NCBI RefSeq assembly: GCF_009914755.1
Contig: NC_060928.1
Reading direction: 5' to 3' (one strand)
DNA length: 64,000 bases
DNA from: the human T2T-CHM13v2.0 reference genome, Homo sapiens
Shown here: positions 56,138 through 64,000 of the stretch, piece by piece
Numbering within the stretch: position 1 is the stretch's first letter
How the letters are laid out: every line of letters begins with the position of its first letter
Made by a program: the position numbers and the translations under genes
The notes under the pieces: generated by a model
What the model saw: only the letters and a program-made list of their open reading frames with translations
The model's database searches: none
Told to the model about the DNA's origin: nothing

Positions 56138-57030
56138 TGAACAGACTTTACACTTGAGCCTGTAAGTTAAGGGGTGAGGAAGTCAAGCTATCCTAATGCA
56201 GAGAAAAGAGACCAAAGATTGCCTTATTAATACGTTACCAGAAAAATGATATAAAAGATTTTTTAAAACCTTTGCTCATTATCCTAACTGCCAATGTCTA
56301 ATGTCAATACACAACCACACATAACCTCACATTATTGACAAGCTGCTGTATAGCAATGGTATCAAATAAATGCAGGACCGTGGACCAGTGCATCCCAGTG
56401 TGCATCAGAATCACCTGAGGGGTTTTTCTTTCTTTTTTTTTTTTTTAAGAAACAGATTCACATCTACAGAGATTCTTTTTAAGTCTTAGGTCTGTGATGG
56501 GCTCTAGAAATGTGTGTTGTCAAAAGGCTTCTGGTGTGTAAAAGGGTATCAGAAATGGGGAGAACAGACTGAATTTGAATATTTGATGACTTTTTGGTGA
56601 TTTGTACCTTTGGGCATGATAAGAAGGACAATAAATCTCCAAGGTCCCCAGGCATACTGAGACCATGCTCCCCTGCTTTACTACCCAGCAGCTACACTCG
56701 GTCTTTGGAAGGTGAGTGCAAGTCTCTTGGCTGAGAAGTCCTTCCTATGACTTCTAATCTCAGTGGGATTGAAGCGACAGCAAGGCCCAGCACACTGCTG
56801 GAAGGGACACTGGTTTTGGAGTCAGATCAGCCTCATCCGGTACCCTGCTCCACCACCTAACAGTTATGTGCCCTTGAGTCAAATGTCCTTGAGTTCCCCA
56901 AGCCTCAGTTTTCTTATGTAAAATAAACGAATTGCCCATCCCACCATTGGGAGGACTAAGTGAATGAGGAGCAGCTTAGTGCCCAGAGGAGTAAGAGCTG
57001 CGATCTGCACCTGACCATTGTCATGATTAA

Positions 57031-57427
<397 letters not shown>

Positions 57428-57717
57428 AAAAGCATAGACTTTAATGATGACCTCCATGTTCAATCCAATGGGTCTTTAGAATCCTATAAACCTTTTCTGT
57501 ACCTCTCCTTTCAGATGCTACTGACCATCTCCTCCTTCTTGAAGCCACCTGCACCTTTGCTCCTAGGCACCGTAGCAGCCTTCTGAGCTCTCCTTCTCTT
57601 TCCTTCCCTTTCCTTCCCATCCATCTTCCTGGTGGATGTCCTTCACCTACTCTCCTTGTCCATCAGGGTTCCCCAGGATTCTATCTTGGGCACCCTGACC
57701 TTCTCCTTTGAGCTCTT

Positions 57718-58047
57718 GCTTTTTGTTTTTGTTTTTATTGTTGTAGCTCTTATTGCTGTTGTTGTTTTGAGACAGGGTTCCACTCTGTTGCCCAGGCTGG
57801 AGTGCAGTGGTGCAGTCGCAGCTCACTGCAGCCTTGACCTTCCAGGCTCAAGTGATTCTTGCAATTCAGCCTTCAAGTGGCGGGACCACAGATGCACACT
57901 ACCATGGCCAGTTAATTCTAAACTTTTTTGTAAAGATGGGATCTTGCTATGTTGCCCACGCTTGTCTCGAATGCCTGGGCTCAAGCGATCCTCCTGCCTT
58001 GGCCTCCCAAAGTGCTGGGATTACAGGCGTGAGCCACCACACCCCGC
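57718..58047 (-). mobile_element. AluJ inside L2 fragments (~57430-58600)
   Basis: TSD tcctttgagctctt; gggctcaagcgatcctcctgcc. Confidence 0.88.
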
Positions 58048-58698
58048 TCCTTTGAGCTCTTTTTAAGTGATTTCATCCACTATCATGCTCTGCCAGTCCT
58101 GCAGCTGACACTGTTATCCCTGACCTTCAGTTTTACATCTCAGCTGTCTTCCAGGCATCCATTAATGGGGTGTCCATTTGAACTTTAGAATCAATATATC
58201 CAAAATTAAATGAATCATCTTCTCCTACACTCCCTGTCCACATATACATACCCATCCCCTGAAAATGGCTTTGTCTTCCTCCTTATTGCCAATATTAGTC
58301 AACGGAGTCACCACCTAGTCCATTCCCAGACCGGAAATCCAGCAATCATCTTTCCTATTCTTCTCCCACCATGTTTAATCCTTCCCCCGGTTCTTCCGAT
58401 TTTATCTCTCCAACATGCTCAGCCCATCCCTAACCCTGATTCAGAACCTCATGGTCTTTACCTGAACCACTGTGGCACAAAGAAGTTAAAATCCTTGGTG
58501 CCAAGTCCACCCCCCCAATCCCTGCCTGCTGACCTGACTCTTCATTCACTTTCTACCACACTCTCCCTCACGGTTCTAGTAAGACTGTGTGTGGTTTCCC
58601 AAGATCAAAGAGCTAATTCATGCCCCTGTGCCCTTCCTCATGCCAAACCCTGTCCTGAAATCACCCTTCCTGCCTGTCTTTGTGTGGTACCCTCTTAC

Positions 58699-59153
58699 TG
58701 TAGGGGGTCGGATGGTTTCCCGCCTCCCCCCACTGCAAAGATGTGTCCACCTGGAACCTGAGAATGTGAGTTGATTTGGGAAAAGGGTCTTTACAGATGT
58801 AATTAAATTATGGATCTCAAGATGAGATCATCCTGGCTTCTCCAGGCAGTATAAATCCAATGGCAAGGACCTGATAGGAAAAGAGAACGCGGGCATGCAA
58901 AAGGGAGAAGGCAAGTGAGGATGGAGGTGGACTGGGAGTGATGCTGCTGCAAACTGGAGAGCCCCTGGAGCCCCAGAAGCTGGAGGAGACAAGGAGCAAA
59001 ACCTCCCCTAAAGACCTCAGAGGAAGCATGGCTGTGCCACTGCCTCGATTTTTGACTTGTGGCCTCCAAAACTGTGAGGGGAAACACATCTGCATTGTTT
59101 TCAGTCTCCAGGTTTGTGGTGATTTGTTACAGCAGCTCTAGGAAACTAATACT
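58699..59153 (+). mobile_element. MLT1C/D-like solo LTR
   Basis: ggaacctgagaatgtgagttgatttgggaaaagggtctttacagatgtaattaa...ttgttacagcagctctaggaaactaatac. Confidence 0.85.
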
Positions 59154-59700
59154 TTAATTCTTCAGGCCTCAGTTCATGAAACATTTATGCCAGGAAGCCT
59201 TCACTGGATCTTTCCATCATCACCCACCTCTTGCCGGCTTGTACTAAGTTCCCTTCCTGTGTCTGTCTCACTCCATAAACTCCTGAAAAGCAGCGACTGC
59301 ATTCTGCCCTCATGGTAATATGGGATCCAGCACTGTTCCAGGATTTAGCAGGTGCTCACCCAGATCAACGCATGAGCATCTCAGCCCCTGTGCCCCTCCT
59401 GGTCCAGGTGTGATGCCAGGTACTTCACAGACACCGCTGCACTGAGTCATCTCAGCAAGCCTAGGAGGTGGGTGCCATCATCGCTGCTTTACGGTTGCAG
59501 AAAACAGGCTCAGCAACTTGCCTGAGACCATTCAGTGAGCAGAGTCAGGATGTATATCCAGATCTCTCCATCCCAGGTCCTGGCCAGCATGAGCACGACA
59601 TGTTCAAAAGCCCAGCGGCAATTAGAAAAAGAGGAGATATGGGAGGAGGGTGGGGAAAGACTGGATCTGGATGAGCAGGCTAGCTGTGAGACAGAGTCAT

Positions 59701-59743
59701 TGTGCATGCGTGTGTGCATGTGTGTGTGTGTGTGTGTGTGTGT
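59701..59743. repeat. (TG)n microsatellite
   Basis: tgtgcatgcgtgtgtgcatg followed by (tg)n. Confidence 0.9.
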
Positions 59744-60071
59744 AAACGGCAATGAGAGCCTTAGGTTAGTGCACTAAAGACAATCTAACTCATAATGCAG
59801 CATAAATATCTTACAGCAGCAGCAATTCTGAGACTGGGGAGCAAGGGTCTTGTGATGTAAGAGAGATGAGAAGGGACAAAGAAGGAGATGGGGAAGGGAG
59901 AAAGGAGAAGAGGAAGAGGAGAGGGAGAGCTCTGCTCAAGTTTTGAAACAAAACATGTTTTCCTTTCACCTCCCTCCTCCTCTTCCTCTTATCCATGCTC
60001 TGCCCTTTCTGGTGGCCTCAGTGTCTCAGGGCACAAATGCTGTCTCAGCTTCTACTATGGCACTTCCCCCA

Positions 60072-60536
60072 GCACAGGAGGCTAAATAAGGACCCCCCCA
60101 TAAAGGCATCCAGGTCGTAATTCCTGAAACTGGTGAATGTCACCCTACATGGCAAAAAAAGGACTTTGTGGATATGAAGTTCAGGATCCTGAAATGGAGA
60201 GATTATCCTGGTGGGTCCTAAATGCAGACCGAAGCATTCTTCTAAGAGGGAGGTAGAAAGAGGTTTGAGGCACAGAAGACGAGAAGGCCGTGCCAGAGGC
60301 AGAGGATGGGGCGACACGGTCACAAGCCAATGCATGCCAACAGCCAGGACGCTGAAGACGCAAGAAATGAATTCTCCTCTCAGCCCCCAAAGGGAGGTGG
60401 CCCTGCTGACATCATGACTTCAGCCCAGGTCGCAGGTTCCAGACGCTTCAAACTTCCAGATGGCGAGGGAATACAGCTCTATTGTTTGAAGCCACCAAGT
60501 TTGGGGTCATCTGTTAGAGCAGCTGCAGGAAGCCAG
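60072..60536 (+). mobile_element. MLT1D-like solo LTR
   Basis: gtgaatgtcaccctacatggcaaaaaaaggactttg...aagccaccaagtttggggtcatctgttagagcagc. Confidence 0.8.
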
Positions 60537-61302
60537 ATCTTCCAAACCTACCTTCATCCCAATCAAAACTTGTTTCCCAACGGCGTTCATCAGTTTGATG
60601 TCAGGGAGGACGCAATCTCATTATGTCAGTTCACCCTACTGGGCGCTCCTTCGTGCTCCCAGAGCCAACTCAGTTTTTAAAGGAGGGGATTTGTAACTCC
60701 TCAAATCTCAAATTGGTTAGATTCATGTAAAAAAATGAAGTGAACTGAAACTGTAAGCAGGGGGTGCAATCTGAGGCCGGTGGACAAACAAACGAGGCAC
60801 ATTGGCCTGCTTAGGTGTAGGGATCCCCCTCAAAGGCTATCTCCTTAGAATGGCTCTTCTGCCCACACGTGGGGATCTGTAAGTGCAGAAAGCTCCACGT
60901 TCGCTCCCAGTGACTCCAAGGCCACCCAGCCCAGTGCCTGGCGCACAGTAAACAGCGAATTCTGGAGGGGAATGAATGACAGCAGCAATCTCAGAGTGCC
61001 ACAGAGGAGGGGCGGCATTCCCAGAGCAAGCAGTGGAGCAGCCCCCTGCTGGCACTGGCTGGTGGCGCGTCCAATGCCTGCAGCTTGACTCCTGCCCATA
61101 AAACAGAACCCCTTATTCATGTAACTGCAATCTACATTTCTCCTAAACTTGAACTTTGTCCCCAGATTCCCCACATCTGATGCAGTTTACAATAATTTAT
61201 TTTCAGCAACATGTACCTCAGTTTTCTGTGAAAATGAGCCCCAGAAAGCAGATGAAATCTTTCTGTGAAGTGCTGACTTCACCTCCCTGAGAGCCATAAA
61301 AG

Positions 61303-61468
61303 AATGCCCCTTAACACAGTAAGCCAAAGCTCTGCAGGATGATGACTTCTGGATGGAAAATGCCCCTCAATACAGTAAGCCAAAGCTCTGCAGGGTGATG
61401 ACTTCTGGATGGAAAATGCCCCTCAATACAGTAAGCCAAAGCTCTGCAGGGCGATGACTTCTGGATGG
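61303..61468. repeat. 56-bp tandem repeat, ~3 copies
   Basis: acagtaagccaaagctctgcagg(a/g)(t/c)gatgacttctggatggaaaatgcccctcaat. Confidence 0.95.
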
Positions 61469-61696
61469 TTGCTCCAGTTAACATGGTGCAAGAAGCTGTA
61501 ACTGTCAGCCCAAAGAAAAAGGCAATGGCCGAGAATAATCAGAGCCCATAATGAACACAGTTAATGGCACCCGCAACACGCTTTCTAAGTGATGTTAACA
61601 TCAAAATATGGAAAGCAACACCTCCAGCTATCCTGCTGCCTTCCTCGAAGTATTCTTTCTCAATCCTTATATATATGCTCCCTCCACTTGCTGCTT

Positions 61697-61975
61697 TTCT
61701 TTTTTTAGAGACAGAGTCTCACTTTGTGCAGTGGTGCAATCACGGCTCATTGCAGCCTCTAATTCCTGGGCTCAACTGATCCCCTCACCTCAGCCTCCTG
61801 AGTAGCTAGGACTACAGGCATGCACCACCACCATGCCTGGCTAATTTTTAAATTTTTTATACAAACAGGGTCTCACTATGTTGCCCAGGCTGGTCTCAAG
61901 CTCCTGGGCTCAAGCCCTCCTCCTGCCTCAGCCTCCCAAAGAGCTAGGATTACAGGTGCAGGCCAATGTTTGGCC
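61697..61975 (-). mobile_element. AluJ
   Basis: Antisense dimer with cctgggctcaa diagnostics. Confidence 0.88.
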
Positions 61976-61989
61976 CTGAGTGCCTTTTA

Positions 61990-62295
<306 letters not shown>

Positions 62296-62422
62296 GTCCA
62301 AAAATAAATTGTAAAATATGACCAAGTGAAAGACTGCCTATAGAATTTGCTCCAAAATTGATGCCAAAATAATTTTTAAAGTCCCCATCCCAGTTTTTGT
62401 TCATTCAACAAAACTATATTGA

Positions 62423-62712
62423 GGCCAGGCAAGATGGTTCAGGACTATAATCCCAGCACTTTGAGAACCTGAGGTGGGAGGATTGCTTGAGGCCAGGAGT
62501 TTGAGATCAGACCCTCTCCATACAAAAAACAAAAAAAATAAAAATTAGCCAGCACAGTGGCATGCACTTATAGTCCTAGCTACTCAGGAGGCTGAGGCAG
62601 GAGGATTGCTTCAGCCCAAGGGTTCAAGACTGCAGTAAGCTATGATCTCACCACTGCACTCCAGCCTGGGCGATAGAGCAAGACCCCGTCTCTAAAACAA
62701 AAAACAACAAAA
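62423..62712 (+). mobile_element. AluJ
   Basis: Diverged dimer; TSD-like aacaaaactat / aacaactat. Confidence 0.88.
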
Positions 62713-62998
62713 CAACTATTCTGAGCATCTACTACTCTCAAAGTCTAGAGAGACATGAAAGAAATAGATTGTTGCATATAGGAGTAGGTGGAAGTCCTGG
62801 AAATATCCTATGGAAATATCACAGTTTGAACAAGGAGTGCTTCACAGGAAGACTTTTTCGTCCGTGCAGTTAATTGGTTCCAGTTAGGTCAACCTGAAAG
62901 TTCCCTTCACCTTTGCTCCCCACTGTCCTTCTGGGGCGGCCATTCCCACCTGGGATTTGCTCATCAGGTAGCCATGGTGCCTTCCAGCTTCAGCTACG

Positions 62999-63160
62999 GC
63001 AGTGCTTCTCAAACTCTGCGGTGCACACACCAACTGGGAGTGTCATTCAAATGCACGTTCTGATTCAGCGAGGTCAGGGGAGAGGCCTATGATTCTGCAT
63101 TCCTAACGAGCTCCTGGGTGGTGAGATTCTGCTGTTCTGAGGACCACGTTTCCAGTAGCA
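62999..63160. mobile_element. MER5A
   Basis: cagtgcttctcaaact...ttctgattcagcgaggtcaggggagaggcc...tctgcattcctaacgagctcctgggtg...ggaccacgttt. Confidence 0.75.
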
Positions 63161-64000
63161 AAGAATTAGAGCACTTAGTTTTTACTTAAAACAAACCCAA
63201 CTTCTGGAGGCAGGAGATTCTAGTGGTGTGTGTGTATCGTTTCCAACACTTCTTCCAAAGGGTAGAGAAGGTGAAAGCGCATGAATCATTTGACAGGTTG
63301 TGGTGCTGACTGTGGCTTCCCTGCTGCTACGTCCACTGCCTGTTACTAAACCTAAAAAGAGCGCTGGAAAGCAGAGAACTAAGCTGCTTCAGAGACAAGA
63401 ACGAAGGGGCTAAAAACGAAAGCCCTGGGAAATCACCTCGCATTGGATACAAGTTTCTCATGTCTCTGGGTTCCTTTCAGGTCTGGGGTTCAGATAGCAG
63501 CAGACATCTTCAATGTGTGTCCTTGTGGTTAGAGAGATTGAAGTGCTCCCCAGGACCCCTCTCACTGCCGCCTGACTGCACCAACAAGCATCTCCTGGCA
63601 GATTCTTCCTGGTGGCGTCACTATTGGGTTGAGAATACTACCGGTGACCAGAGAGAGCAGAGGAATTAGCGTGCTGAGCAAGGAAACTCCAGAGAAGCTG
63701 CCAGCCCAACAGGATAGCCAATGCCACCCATGGCTGCTGCGACGGACATTGGGAGTGACTGCTGTGTGGAGACTGCTGTACTGGGACCATCAGTATGAAT
63801 ACTTTCTTCTTTCTTCAAGCGCACATTTGTAATAGGCAGGACCAAGTCCCTTTCTACTTGGAATTGCCAGCTTGGGCTCATTGTGGGTGCTCAGCATGTG
63901 CCATTACCACTGGACTCATGAGAGGTAGAAAAAGGCGTAAAGGGGGCATAGACACGGCCAATGCCTCCTGACAATGATCATACAAGCCACGGGCAGCAGG

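Overview
Primate (human-like) non-coding genomic DNA with no supportable protein-coding gene, RNA gene or CRISPR array. The listed ORFs are by-products of repeats or chance. The window is dense in transposons: about 25 Alu/FLAM copies, L1 3' fragments, L2/MIR, MaLR LTRs (MLT1, MST, THE1B), MLT2, a solo LTR12C, and MER1A, MER3, MER5A, MADE1 and a probable hAT remnant. It also holds three minisatellites, including a 2.6-kb CpG/G-rich 10-13-mer array. Main leads: (1) a THE1B LTR carrying the exact PRDM9 hotspot motif CCTCCCTAGCCAC and a DUX4 site; (2) a 318-bp, ungapped, ~89% identical local inverted duplication with a homogenised core; (3) an LTR12C promoter pointing at a 225-codon His/Thr-rich ORF made from LTR and microsatellite DNA (proto-gene candidate, speculative); (4) CTCF-like motifs, a GC-box/CCAAT promoter-like cluster, a perfect 24-bp palindrome, a chimeric Alu and nested transposons. 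I cannot support a new biological system here. Subfamily names and boundaries of old repeats were read by eye and are approximate.
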